Shown in pieces: positions 20,469 through 29,690 of a stretch of DNA of 64,000 nucleotides (position 1 is the stretch's first letter; the number at the start of each line of letters is the position of its first letter). The stretch comes from Clostridium sp. (lineage in GTDB: Bacteria; Bacillota; Clostridia; Clostridiales; Clostridiaceae), in the NCBI RefSeq assembly GCF_051656525.1, contig NZ_JBOGCC010000278.1, positions 22,112 to 86,111 of the forward strand. The letters run 5' to 3'. The position numbers and the translations under genes are program-made. The notes beneath the pieces are model-generated. The model was not told where the DNA came from, did no database searches, and was given only the letters and a program-made list of their open reading frames with translations.

Positions 20469-21901
20469 CAGTCTTTTTCCTTGAACTTATTGGAAATGTC
20501 GGCCAGTACATTTGAGATCTGGTCATACGTTGACTTGATACGCAGTGCGTAGCCAGCATGCTTGGTGATTGACTGTGCCAGAGCAGAGTAAGCCATACCA
20601 ATTTCAGTATTGCCGTCAGTCTGGATCGTGGCCATGTTCTTGGCATCGCTTTCGGTAAAGTCAGACTTACCTAATTCTGATGCGCAAGCGCTCCACTGCA
20701 TAGCCATTGCTGCGATACATCGTTCAATACCTGCACGGACACCGCTACTGGAATCATCGTACATTGCAACGGTCTTACCGAACTCTTCTTCGCCGATTGC
20801 TTTCTGCTGTGCAGACAGACCAGAGCCAGGCAAACCAGCATAGATGGAGTAAGTACCTTTTGAGATGTCTGCCAGAGTATTGTGGGTTGACTCTGACACT
20901 TCACCGACTTTCTTGCCTTCGATGATATCACGCAAAGTAGGGTTCTGTGTCCACTTAACGCCAAGCAGCTTGGTCAGCATTGTCTTCAGGAAGCCTTCCT
21001 TAGCGTTACTGTCTTTGAACTCACTAACGCTTACAGTAATGCCGCCTTCTTGATACGCCTTGACGATTTCGCTTACACGCTTGTCAATGGAATCGCCATC
21101 TGCCAACGGTTTAGCCACCAGCGGTATCAGCTTACATACCCATGATACGTATTCGATCAGGCCTTGGAGCTCTTGCACTTTGACCATGTCTTGTACTAAC
21201 CAGTACTGAGGTACGTTTTCTTTCTTCTGCAATAACTGATACAGAATCGGCAGTGCCCCATCACCGAACTTAGGATCCATCAGTGTGATAACGCGGTCAC
21301 AAAGCGCAGCTGTGGTGGAAGGTTGGAAATCAAACTTCTTAGCACAACCAATCGCATAGTTAACTACGCCGACAACTGTTTTGTCCTTGCCTGCGGTTTT
21401 CTCTTCCAGTAGCTTTTTACTTTCATCATCGGTTGGTAACGCGATGCTTGATACTTTGGTAGCGTAGTTGCCAGACGCTTCTGATGCAGTACCATTACTG
21501 GATTTATCGGCCGGCTCTTTCTTAGAGCTGTCCATCTTGCTGCGAATCCATTTGTAGAATCGGTATAGTGCATAGCCTACACCACCAGCCAATGCTGCAC
21601 CAACTGCAATAGTACCGCCAGTGCCGAGCATACCGGCAGCACCTTTTGCGGCTGCAGCCACATCAATTGCTTCCATCGCTAGCTTACGGCCAGTATCTGA
21701 TGGATGCATTGTCAGCTTACGAACGTTGATACCGTGGCCTACTAAAGAACCAGGTGATACTTGTTCGGCAGCATAATACAGTTCACGAGACATGCCATCA
21801 CGTGCGATTTGATTACGGATATTTTCCAATCCTAAAATCGTATCGGCGTGTGACGACTTGCCTGTAATACTGTAGTTCTGTAGAGGATCGAACTCATCCA
21901 T
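20468..21901 (-). CDS. Processed virion head protein with a Gly/Ala-rich hydrophobic segment
   Basis: LGLE/LAME sites; N-terminal RKLT..PS.TGR.LA.EAI shared with 17040..18731. Confidence 0.7.
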   Translation of the reverse strand: MDEFDPLQNYSITGKSSHADTILGLENIRNQIARDGMSRELYYAAEQVSPGSLVGHGINVRKLTMHPSDTGRKLAMEAIDVAAAAKGAAGMLGTGGTIAVGAALAGGVGYALYRFYKWIRSKMDSSKKEPADKSSNGTASEASGNYATKVSSIALPTDDESKKLLEEKTAGKDKTVVGVVNYAIGCAKKFDFQPSTTAALCDRVITLMDPKFGDGALPILYQLLQKKENVPQYWLVQDMVKVQELQGLIEYVSWVCKLIPLVAKPLADGDSIDKRVSEIVKAYQEGGITVSVSEFKDSNAKEGFLKTMLTKLLGVKWTQNPTLRDIIEGKKVGEVSESTHNTLADISKGTYSIYAGLPGSGLSAQQKAIGEEEFGKTVAMYDDSSSGVRAGIERCIAAMAMQWSACASELGKSDFTESDAKNMATIQTDGNTEIGMAYSALAQSITKHAGYALRIKSTYDQISNVLADISNKFKEKD

Positions 21902-21952
21902 TAAATAATACTCCTGTCGATATTATATGTTTGGGAAGCCGGGATAACGATC

Positions 21953-23725
21953 ATGAAACTTAACCCAGAAGACATTTTAGGCATCGAGTGTAAGCACGTT
22001 GCTTACGCTCAGTCAACGGTCAATTCGAGAGACGATCTACTTCTAGTCAAGGAAGTAATTCATACAAAAGACAACCGTCATATACCACGGGTACGTCTAA
22101 TTGAGAACTATCAGTATCCGTTTTATATCACCAGAAAGCCATATCGTAATCACAAGGACAAAAAAGAAGCTGAAGAGATAGACAAGTTACAGAAATACAT
22201 GTGTAACCGTGCCACAATGCACGAGAAAATTCAGTTAGCTTTAGGCGATCGTATGGCTAACCCACGCAAGCGTCTTAAAGATGTTTGTAGTAGCCCGTAC
22301 GTGTATGGTGCAGACTTGTTACCTGCTACACACCTCAAGTCGATGTATCGTGATAAGTGGCCTAACCTCGTAACCCGGAACAAAGTAGCTGTACTAGATA
22401 CCGAGCGTGATGTAGTATTCGGTACTAACGAAACTATCATCGTTACGCTAACAATGGGAACTGAGAAATACATTGGTGTCGTAAAGTGGTGGGCTGATAA
22501 GATCACTGCTAAGTATGGTGATATCAAAGACACGTTACCTGCTAAGTTTAAAGAACTGCTCTCGGTTATTACCGTGCGTGATGACAAGAGTAAGTTAAAG
22601 CCTAAACCGCAGAAGGTTTACGATGTTCCTAAGGAACGTGGCGGCGACATTACACTGTTCTTAGGTGACACTCCGGGACATATTGTTTTAGAAGCACTTA
22701 GACTAACGCATATTTGGCGTCCAGACTTCGTTGCTATCTGGAACATGGACTACGACTTACCTCACCTTACCAGCGCATTGGCTAAGATTGGCATTGCTCC
22801 TGAAGATGCATTCTCAGACCCGATGGTTCCTGACGGTTATCGTAGATTCTGGTACAAACAAGACAAGCTTATTAAAGAGACTAACTCCAAGTCCATTAGT
22901 AAGCATCCTGCTGACTTGTGGCACGTAGTTTATACAACTGCTAGCTACTATATCGTCGATGCCATGTGTCTGTTTAAGAAAATTCGTGTTGCGTCAGGTA
23001 ATGAACCTGACTATACATTGGATGGTGTTCTTAGTCGTCATATGGGTACTCGCAAGTTACGTATTCCTGAAGCAGACAAGTACTCTGGTCTGAAGTGGCA
23101 CGTTGTTATGCAACGTGATTTTCCTTTGGAATACTGTGTCTATGCATTATTCGACTGTATATCTATTGAGATGCTGGATGAGAAGACTAACGATATCGGT
23201 CTTACTATCTCAGTACTTATGGAAAGTAGCGGATACGATTACTTACCATCGTTACCGCGTCGAGTGGTGGACGTATTGCACAACGTATGGCCTAAACGTG
23301 GATTTATCCCAGGCTGTGTGGGTGCTGACATTACTTCTGAGCTTGACGATGATGTGGTTGGTATTAGCGGCTGGATTTGTACGCTTAACAGCTACTGTGT
23401 TGTTAACGACGGACTGTTCTGTATTAGCGAGGTACCTGAACTCAGGACTAAATTCCGGGTACAGACTAACGATGCTGATATTCTACAGGCGTATCCAACA
23501 GGCGAAGTAATATCGAATGGTAGTAAGAAGACTACTATCATTGAGGTTATCAATATCGATGGTGTTGATGACCAGACACGAAGACAGCAAGGTATCAACC
23601 TGACCGGTGGTCAGATGAATGCTGTAGAGATTGCAATCGAATTGGCCGGCTGTGCATCCTTCGAAGACTGGGATGAGTACTTTAGCCAGAGATTTAACTT
23701 AGATGATGAGGATAAAGCAGCGTGA
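21953..23725 (+). CDS. DNA polymerase 3'-5' exonuclease subunit (phiKZ gp82-like)
   Basis: ExoI VLDTERD, ExoII WNMDYDL and ExoIII YALFD motifs of DnaQ/family B exonucleases. Confidence 0.85.
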   Translation: MKLNPEDILGIECKHVAYAQSTVNSRDDLLLVKEVIHTKDNRHIPRVRLIENYQYPFYITRKPYRNHKDKKEAEEIDKLQKYMCNRATMHEKIQLALGDRMANPRKRLKDVCSSPYVYGADLLPATHLKSMYRDKWPNLVTRNKVAVLDTERDVVFGTNETIIVTLTMGTEKYIGVVKWWADKITAKYGDIKDTLPAKFKELLSVITVRDDKSKLKPKPQKVYDVPKERGGDITLFLGDTPGHIVLEALRLTHIWRPDFVAIWNMDYDLPHLTSALAKIGIAPEDAFSDPMVPDGYRRFWYKQDKLIKETNSKSISKHPADLWHVVYTTASYYIVDAMCLFKKIRVASGNEPDYTLDGVLSRHMGTRKLRIPEADKYSGLKWHVVMQRDFPLEYCVYALFDCISIEMLDEKTNDIGLTISVLMESSGYDYLPSLPRRVVDVLHNVWPKRGFIPGCVGADITSELDDDVVGISGWICTLNSYCVVNDGLFCISEVPELRTKFRVQTNDADILQAYPTGEVISNGSKKTTIIEVINIDGVDDQTRRQQGINLTGGQMNAVEIAIELAGCASFEDWDEYFSQRFNLDDEDKAA

Positions 23726-24708
23726 AACTTTCAGAAATCTCGGCATTATTTAAAGACGAGGAACGGGAGGCAACTAGTACTGTCTCCAGTACCTTAGAAC
23801 GTGAATATTCGTTCTTTGGTAAAGTTGACGTGGCTAAACTGGTGACTGGGTTTAAGAATGACCATGAAGTCACCAGCCAAGTGTTCATTGAAGCGTCACT
23901 AGGTGGGGATCGTGAGAACGGTAAATTACGTTTACGTCATTTCCCTAATAAGAACAAGCAATCTACAACTAAACTGGAGCGCAAGCTTAAAATCAGTGAA
24001 ATGGAATCTATTGAGGAGACCGTAGAAATACCTGTTGGTTTCCTTAAGCCTTTGTTCCTATTGTCACAGTCGATTACTGCGCGCGTTCGTTACTTTGTTC
24101 CGGCTAAGACGCCGTCTGGCGTACAGATCAAATACAAAGACGGTACACTGCTGATGTGGCAGATCGATCTGTTCATGGATACATTGAATCCAGACGACAA
24201 CCTTGACCTAGCTACTATTTCACCATGGGTTAAGATCGAACTGGAAGTTCGTGATATCGTTCTCGATGTTGCGGATGTACAAGATGCAATTCCTATCGAA
24301 TGTGAGCAGGTTATTGATGCGCGTACCAAAGACGATAGTGAGCGTCAGTTGATCGATGCGCTATATTCTACCGTTTATAACCTGAACGGTAAGACCATGG
24401 AGCAACCACAGTTACCACCCGCTGAAACTGCCCCTGCGCAAGACACACCGGCTAGCACCGGCGATAATGATGACGATGATTTTGATTTTAACGGTAAAGG
24501 CGAACCGGCTCCAGTTACTGAGCCAGAACAGCCAGCTGAACCAGCTGAGCCTGCAGCTGAGCCTGATAATGATGACGACTTCGACTTCGAAGGCAAAGGT
24601 GACAAACCAGCAGAGCCTGCGGCTGAACCAACTCAGCCTACCGAACCACCGGAACCAGCAAAACCAGAAACAGACGACAATAGCAGCAGTGATGAATTCC
24701 AGTTCTAA
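23722..24708 (+). CDS. CYTH-like (triphosphate tunnel) protein with a Pro/Glu/Ala/Asp-rich tail
   Basis: LEREYSF (ExE), KLRLR, KLERK, RVRY, WQIDLF, WVKIELEV follow the CYTH beta-barrel pattern. Confidence 0.6.
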   Translation: MKLSEISALFKDEEREATSTVSSTLEREYSFFGKVDVAKLVTGFKNDHEVTSQVFIEASLGGDRENGKLRLRHFPNKNKQSTTKLERKLKISEMESIEETVEIPVGFLKPLFLLSQSITARVRYFVPAKTPSGVQIKYKDGTLLMWQIDLFMDTLNPDDNLDLATISPWVKIELEVRDIVLDVADVQDAIPIECEQVIDARTKDDSERQLIDALYSTVYNLNGKTMEQPQLPPAETAPAQDTPASTGDNDDDDFDFNGKGEPAPVTEPEQPAEPAEPAAEPDNDDDFDFEGKGDKPAEPAAEPTQPTEPPEPAKPETDDNSSSDEFQF

Positions 24709-24720
24709 CTGTAGCAAGAC

Positions 24721-24760
24721 AAAAAAAAACAGGGAGCCCCGCAAGGGGCTCTCTGCTATT
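24721..24760. terminator. Terminator at a convergent junction (copy 1 of a 40-bp repeat)
   Basis: A9-cagggagcccc-gcaa-ggggctctctg; near-identical to 32249..32288. Confidence 0.85.
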
Positions 24761-25160
24761 CCACACTTGCCAAATCTAAGATTTGACGAGCGCAGTCCGC
24801 GGTAAATTTCTTTCGGAGTACTAAGTATACTCTATCATAGAAGTCCGGGATAATGGATGCAGCAGTGGATACAATATTTGCGTTGCATTCACGCAAAGTA
24901 ATTCGTACCAATCCAACTATCTTGTCAGTGTGACCATTCGGAATAAACGTCAAATGGTTACTGAGTTTGGATAGTTCTGATTCTATCAATGCTGCGGCGA
25001 TGCCCTCCACACCGCCAACAATCACTCGATATAACCTACATCTGGAGACACCGATATCTTTAGCGATATGGTCTACTCCTAACCCCCATAACGGGTCTTT
25101 ACTTGCGACCCGCACGTATTCAATTGCTGCATTAAGAACGTCCGATTTGTTCTTATACAT
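24756..25160 (-). CDS. TetR-like HTH protein 3
   Basis: KSDVLNAAI...GVDHIAKDIGVSRCRLY. Confidence 0.65.
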   Translation of the reverse strand: MYKNKSDVLNAAIEYVRVASKDPLWGLGVDHIAKDIGVSRCRLYRVIVGGVEGIAAALIESELSKLSNHLTFIPNGHTDKIVGLVRITLRECNANIVSTAASIIPDFYDRVYLVLRKKFTADCARQILDLASVE

Positions 25161-25576
25161 CAGAATTCCCTAAAGATAATTGCTTTGCACATATCTTCGT
25201 CTAGCCGCAAATCTTCCAGACGCTCCACCATGCTCCACACCGCATTGGCATTAGCTGGATTACGATTCATATAATCAGTAATAACTGCCATGTATATAGG
25301 CGTTAGCTTACTGAAATACATCGAGGCTATCACATGTGCACGCTCACCTTTGAGAAGTTTAGCATATGCCTTTGACAGCAAGTACAGGTAGTTGTTAGCT
25401 ACCAGTTCCTCTATCGTCATTCCAGCTTTGTAAAACATGTTTCTGCGGATACCGGCTTTATCGCAGATCTGTTGAATAGACAATGCCTCTCTATAATCAC
25501 CCTGCACGTACTTGTGCATATTGATTATTAAGTGGCGTAAAACTTCCGGGGCGGTAGCGCGTGGTTTAAGATTCAC
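25160..25576 (-). CDS. TetR-like HTH protein 2
   Basis: LSIQQICDKAGIRRNMFYK...IEELV. Confidence 0.7.
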   Translation of the reverse strand: MNLKPRATAPEVLRHLIINMHKYVQGDYREALSIQQICDKAGIRRNMFYKAGMTIEELVANNYLYLLSKAYAKLLKGERAHVIASMYFSKLTPIYMAVITDYMNRNPANANAVWSMVERLEDLRLDEDMCKAIIFREF

Positions 25577-26049
25577 TTAGAACCTCGCACGAACGCGATT
25601 GAAGCATCAGAGCCAATACGTGCAGCAATACGTACTGCAGTACGGAAAGTTTCAAATGATAGCGATGGGCAAGTGATATGCCATTTAACCACGGCGTCAT
25701 CAAAACCGCCTGTGTTGAGCGGCATACGCTCTGCCATATCTAATACAATACTTGGCAGATTGCTTAACGTTGCTGAAATTGCGCCCATATAAGCTTCGAT
25801 AGTTACTGGGGCTATCTGCGAATTGATCTTATTGCTGACTTCCTTCTCAGCGTCTTTCCACAGTTCTACAGCAATAACATCGATATCATAGAAGTAACGA
25901 TACAGCGAGGTGCGCGTTACTCCAGCTGCCGCTGCCAACGAACCGGCATCAACAGACGCTGGTGTTATATACTTAAAGTATTCGTTCGCTACAGCTTTCA
26001 CGTGATCTACGCGAGCGCGTGAGCGCTTCTGATTTGGGATGTTTCGCAT
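25573..26049 (-). CDS. TetR-like HTH protein 1
   Basis: PNQKRSRARVDHVKAVA...SLAAAAGVTRTSLYRYF, a canonical TetR N-terminus. Confidence 0.85.
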   Translation of the reverse strand: MRNIPNQKRSRARVDHVKAVANEYFKYITPASVDAGSLAAAAGVTRTSLYRYFYDIDVIAVELWKDAEKEVSNKINSQIAPVTIEAYMGAISATLSNLPSIVLDMAERMPLNTGGFDDAVVKWHITCPSLSFETFRTAVRIAARIGSDASIAFVRGSK

Positions 26050-26081
26050 TCTATTTCTCCATTAAAAAATCGTTGTGTTAC

Positions 26082-26465
26082 TTAGATGCCACAGTACTGT
26101 GGCTTGTTAAAGATCTCACACTCCCAGTCTTTTGGGAGCTTTCCACGTAGATCCACTACCGACCAGAGCTCAAAATCAACTCTGGTAAAGTATCTTCCAT
26201 CGATGAAGAAGCAAGTCTTCTCTGGATATAATGCAGAGTGACCAGCCAATGCCATTCTTGGCACCTTTGATTTCAGCACTGCTTCAGCTTCGGCCGGTTC
26301 TAACCGAAGCTGTGGGAATCTTTTATACACGCGATATGCTTTATCGCTTGCATATGGGAAAGGTTTACGCTTACCATCCCATAGCTCTTTCTCCACTACT
26401 GCCACTTTCTCAATAGTGGCATTTTCAATCATTGTATCATGATTGAACCGTTTCAAATCCTTCAT
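26082..26465 (-). CDS. Hypothetical protein (127 aa)
   Basis: GGAG SD; in the same cassette as the TetR genes. Confidence 0.75.
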   Translation of the reverse strand: MKDLKRFNHDTMIENATIEKVAVVEKELWDGKRKPFPYASDKAYRVYKRFPQLRLEPAEAEAVLKSKVPRMALAGHSALYPEKTCFFIDGRYFTRVDFELWSVVDLRGKLPKDWECEIFNKPQYCGI

Positions 26466-26480
26466 ATCTAATCTCCAAGA

Positions 26481-26765
26481 TTAGTGCATTCTGCACTTTG
26501 GAATAGTAATATGATTTAATCCAGGTACACCCACGAATTTACCAATCACTACCAATCGGCAGACATCAGTTGCTGAATCGTCTAATCGATTCTTAGGTGC
26601 AGTGCACTCATTGATGCATGCTCTTAACCAATCGGCATTTACGCCGTTGGTTTCGAACTGGGTTTCAATTTTAAGACCCGCATACATGCGGGAAGCTGGT
26701 ACTTGAATAGTCATGATGCGAGTCCTCAATCCAAAATTAGTAACGTTATTGTCACTGTTCACCAA
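26481..26765 (-). CDS. Hypothetical protein (up to 94 aa; start uncertain)
   Basis: First ORF after the promoter motif; a GAGG-preceded ATG lies further downstream. Confidence 0.6.
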   Translation of the reverse strand: MVNSDNNVTNFGLRTRIMTIQVPASRMYAGLKIETQFETNGVNADWLRACINECTAPKNRLDDSATDVCRLVVIGKFVGVPGLNHITIPKCRMH

Positions 26766-26766
26766 G

Positions 26767-26776
26767 ATAATATATG
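26767..26776 (-). promoter_or_regulatory. Putative early promoter CATATATTAT with upstream T-tract
   Basis: Exact motif copy just after a terminator, heading the TetR cassette. Confidence 0.65.
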
Positions 26777-26799
26777 TCTGAAAAAAATTTCATTATAAA

Positions 26800-26819
26800 C
26801 CTACCCCTTTCGGGGTAGG
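26800..26819 (-). terminator. Terminator after the 26829 gene
   Basis: cctacccc/ggggtagg 8-bp stem, GAAA loop on minus strand. Confidence 0.8.
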
Positions 26820-26828
26820 CTTTAGTTT

Positions 26829-27467
26829 TTATTCTTCAGGGAAGAACGAATCGATGTTCAGACGTGTTGCTTCTGAAGCATACAGTGAAACCGCATAGCT
26901 TGGGTTAGCGCGACGACGCACTGCTTTCGGGTTAACTGTTTCAGCATACACTGTCATCAGATGCAGCATACGAATCATCAGCTCACGCTCTGATGCCTTC
27001 AGGTGATGTACGTTGGAGAAGACCAGCGTACGCTCGAATGCACCGGTTTCAGACGACTTGATGGTATCCAGCAAGTGCTGCAATACTTCATGGACGTCGT
27101 CACGGTTCAGTGTAGTCAGGCTACGGAACGTGTTGTATAAACCTGAAGTAGCGCTTGCACGCAGCTGTACGTTTTCTGCAACCTTACGACATTCGTGGTT
27201 AAAACGATTGATCGTATCTTTACAGATAGATACACGCGCCGGATTATGTGCCGGGCCAACTACCGCAACTTTATTAAACATGTCAGGGTTGGCTTTACGC
27301 AGAGGCGGCTTGTCATTTACCGGGTTTTGTGCTTTCGGTTGCTGAACTTCACGACGCTCTTTCTGCTGAGGTGCTGGGTTCTTCTTTGGTTCTTCCAATG
27401 GCATCTCTACGCCATCTTCGGCTTGAGCTGCATCGGTGTTCAACAGTTCTTCTAATTCGCTATTCAT
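26829..27467 (-). CDS. Conserved hypothetical protein
   Basis: Start moved to MNSELE (GAGG SD); disordered N-terminus, helical C-terminus. Confidence 0.75.
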   Translation of the reverse strand: MNSELEELLNTDAAQAEDGVEMPLEEPKKNPAPQQKERREVQQPKAQNPVNDKPPLRKANPDMFNKVAVVGPAHNPARVSICKDTINRFNHECRKVAENVQLRASATSGLYNTFRSLTTLNRDDVHEVLQHLLDTIKSSETGAFERTLVFSNVHHLKASERELMIRMLHLMTVYAETVNPKAVRRRANPSYAVSLYASEATRLNIDSFFPEE

Positions 27468-27474
27468 AGTTGCC

Positions 27475-28758
27475 TCAACGGATATGTCTACGGAAATCAT
27501 ACTCAGCCGTATCCTGTTCGTTACCATGCATCGCACTCATAAAGCCGTACATGATATATGATTGTATCTGTGTGATACCTGATGCTGCACCACGTTCGGT
27601 CTTGGACATGATGTGGCCTACGCAGTCAGCACAGAAACCAGGTGGCTTATGTTTACATAGTAATGGTCGACGCATCTGGATTACTTTACCGACATCAGAC
27701 TTGTCAATCGGCATTGCTTTACCAGTAACCATCTTGTTGAATCCTGCATCGATGCCGTATAGCTTCAGACTATGGTCATCAAGCTTAATGGTCTGCGTAA
27801 TTTTAGTACCGCATGGTTCAGGTGATACTTTGATGTTCTGTGTGATCTGCATGTAGTTAGATACACCGTAACCACCTTTTGCAGTATCCGCACCACGGTC
27901 AAAGGAACCTTGACGAGCATCGTTAAACAATGCAGGTAGTTTATCTGTTGGTATACCTTCATCCAACGATTCAGTGATTAAGTCATAATCACCATCTTCG
28001 TGGAACGCATCTACTGCACCGAACATATACAACTGCTTGAATCGACGAACCTTAAGTGTTGCGCCAGACACATAGAAGTCGAGTGACTCACCGTCTTCTG
28101 CCAGATATTTCTTGTCAAGCTCAACTGCCTGCTTACTGATCTCTACCAGTTGTTGACGCGTTGGCTTGCCACCACATTTAGCAAGTTCAGCTTTGATGAA
28201 TTTCCGAACTTCTTTAGACGCGATGAATGTACGCTCACTACCGGTTGGTGCAATCAGTGGCGCTAACGATGTCAACTGAGATAAGGCGGTCAAATGGTTT
28301 TCTACATTTGATGCTTTAACTAAGTTAGTTCCATTAGTGTCTACATCATCATCGACTGTGCGGGGAGCGAAGATTGGTACTAAAGACTTAGCATTCATCT
28401 TCTTGTTCTGGAACTCTACCTTGTCCCCGAATGGCCAGATTACGCAAATCCAATTATAAATGGCTCGGCCGTACGTTGTACGAATTGGCTTAGGATGATT
28501 AGGGAAGTGATCAGCTGGAAAATCCATTGCGTATCTAAAATCATATAACGGTTCTCCGGCTTTAGCATCTTCAATGATAGCCCAAGCCTTTAGTTGTCCA
28601 TCGTAATAGTAAATACCGTCCTCACGATAATCAATATCGTAAGGTTCCGGCACGAAGTCTGGCGGCAGTCTGGATACGTTAAAGATCGTAGATGTCCACG
28701 ATCTCCATTTCCAGCGTTCTGCTTTACATGCCAGCAGAAATAGATCGAATTTCTTCAT
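27475..28758 (-). CDS. Virion RNA polymerase beta' C-terminal fragment (phiKZ gp80-like)
   Basis: RRPLLC...FCADCVG matches beta' RSPLTC...CAKCYG; bridge-helix-like RQGSFDRGADTAKGGY; ends MHG. Confidence 0.88.
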   Translation of the reverse strand: MKKFDLFLLACKAERWKWRSWTSTIFNVSRLPPDFVPEPYDIDYREDGIYYYDGQLKAWAIIEDAKAGEPLYDFRYAMDFPADHFPNHPKPIRTTYGRAIYNWICVIWPFGDKVEFQNKKMNAKSLVPIFAPRTVDDDVDTNGTNLVKASNVENHLTALSQLTSLAPLIAPTGSERTFIASKEVRKFIKAELAKCGGKPTRQQLVEISKQAVELDKKYLAEDGESLDFYVSGATLKVRRFKQLYMFGAVDAFHEDGDYDLITESLDEGIPTDKLPALFNDARQGSFDRGADTAKGGYGVSNYMQITQNIKVSPEPCGTKITQTIKLDDHSLKLYGIDAGFNKMVTGKAMPIDKSDVGKVIQMRRPLLCKHKPPGFCADCVGHIMSKTERGAASGITQIQSYIMYGFMSAMHGNEQDTAEYDFRRHIR

Positions 28759-29614
28759 CGTGTTCTTTCTCTACATAGTTATAGATATCTTTGAGTAACA
28801 TATTAGCTGCTTTACAGATAGCTAGGTTATCACGTGGTTCATCTGATTCGATTAACAGATCTGCGTATTTACAGATCAAATCATAGCCGTCAGTATAGAA
28901 CGCTTCACGTCGAACAATGAGACCAACAATCGCCTCGGAGATATTCTTATAATATTGCTGAGGTGCCAGTTCTTCATATTCGTAGTCAATCGTAGACATG
29001 ATGGCTTCGTCGGCTACTTCAATCCCAGAGATCGTATATGCAACAGCTACTGGGTTAGTAGGGCAACGCTTGCAGAATTCACGGATAAGGTCAACGATCT
29101 TCTTATCCATACGTTCTGGATTGTCATCACCTTCTGTCTTCATCTTGTGATTTACGTAATTAATCAGCATTTTGTATACACGGTCTTCTACGCTAGTAAT
29201 CACATCCATATACTTGGATGGTTCTAGTGTACCGGATACTACTGCTATTACTGTGGATAATCCGAACGCTGACTCGGAAGAGATCATGTCTATTAGTGAC
29301 TCGTAGTCTTCCCAATTGTCAATCGTTATAAAGATTGTTGTGATCATTTCAAGCAGAATGTCAGGTTGGCGATGTACATCGTCATAAACAACTTCAATGC
29401 CGGCATCACGTAGATGGTTACACCCCGCCTGAATAATTATGGCTTCGATCTTGTCGATGCGGCCAATAATATCACGATCGTAAATGTATTGTGGTAGACG
29501 GCATGCAAACATATCCACATAGCCTTCGTCTTCCAACAGGTCATGCAGTGAGCAAATTATCTCTGCACGGTGTTGTGTGCGCTCTGTACAAAGCGCATCG
29601 TATAGATCACTCAT
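28724..29614 (-). CDS. Conserved hypothetical protein (phiKZ gp79-like position)
   Basis: Start moved to MSDLYD (GGAG SD); acidic, helical. Confidence 0.7.
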   Translation of the reverse strand: MSDLYDALCTERTQHRAEIICSLHDLLEDEGYVDMFACRLPQYIYDRDIIGRIDKIEAIIIQAGCNHLRDAGIEVVYDDVHRQPDILLEMITTIFITIDNWEDYESLIDMISSESAFGLSTVIAVVSGTLEPSKYMDVITSVEDRVYKMLINYVNHKMKTEGDDNPERMDKKIVDLIREFCKRCPTNPVAVAYTISGIEVADEAIMSTIDYEYEELAPQQYYKNISEAIVGLIVRREAFYTDGYDLICKYADLLIESDEPRDNLAICKAANMLLKDIYNYVEKEHDEEIRSISAGM

Positions 29615-29690
29615 AATTGCTCCGGTTATTTGCAACATGTTCTTTATTAATATGGTCAAAAGAAACTAACCATCAATAAGGTATTCTTTA

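Noticed and set aside
24415-24705. CRISPR-like or DNA tandem repeat array
   Set aside because: The repeats are in-frame, degenerate at synonymous positions and encode PAEP/DDDF peptides. No repeat-spacer array was seen anywhere in the window.
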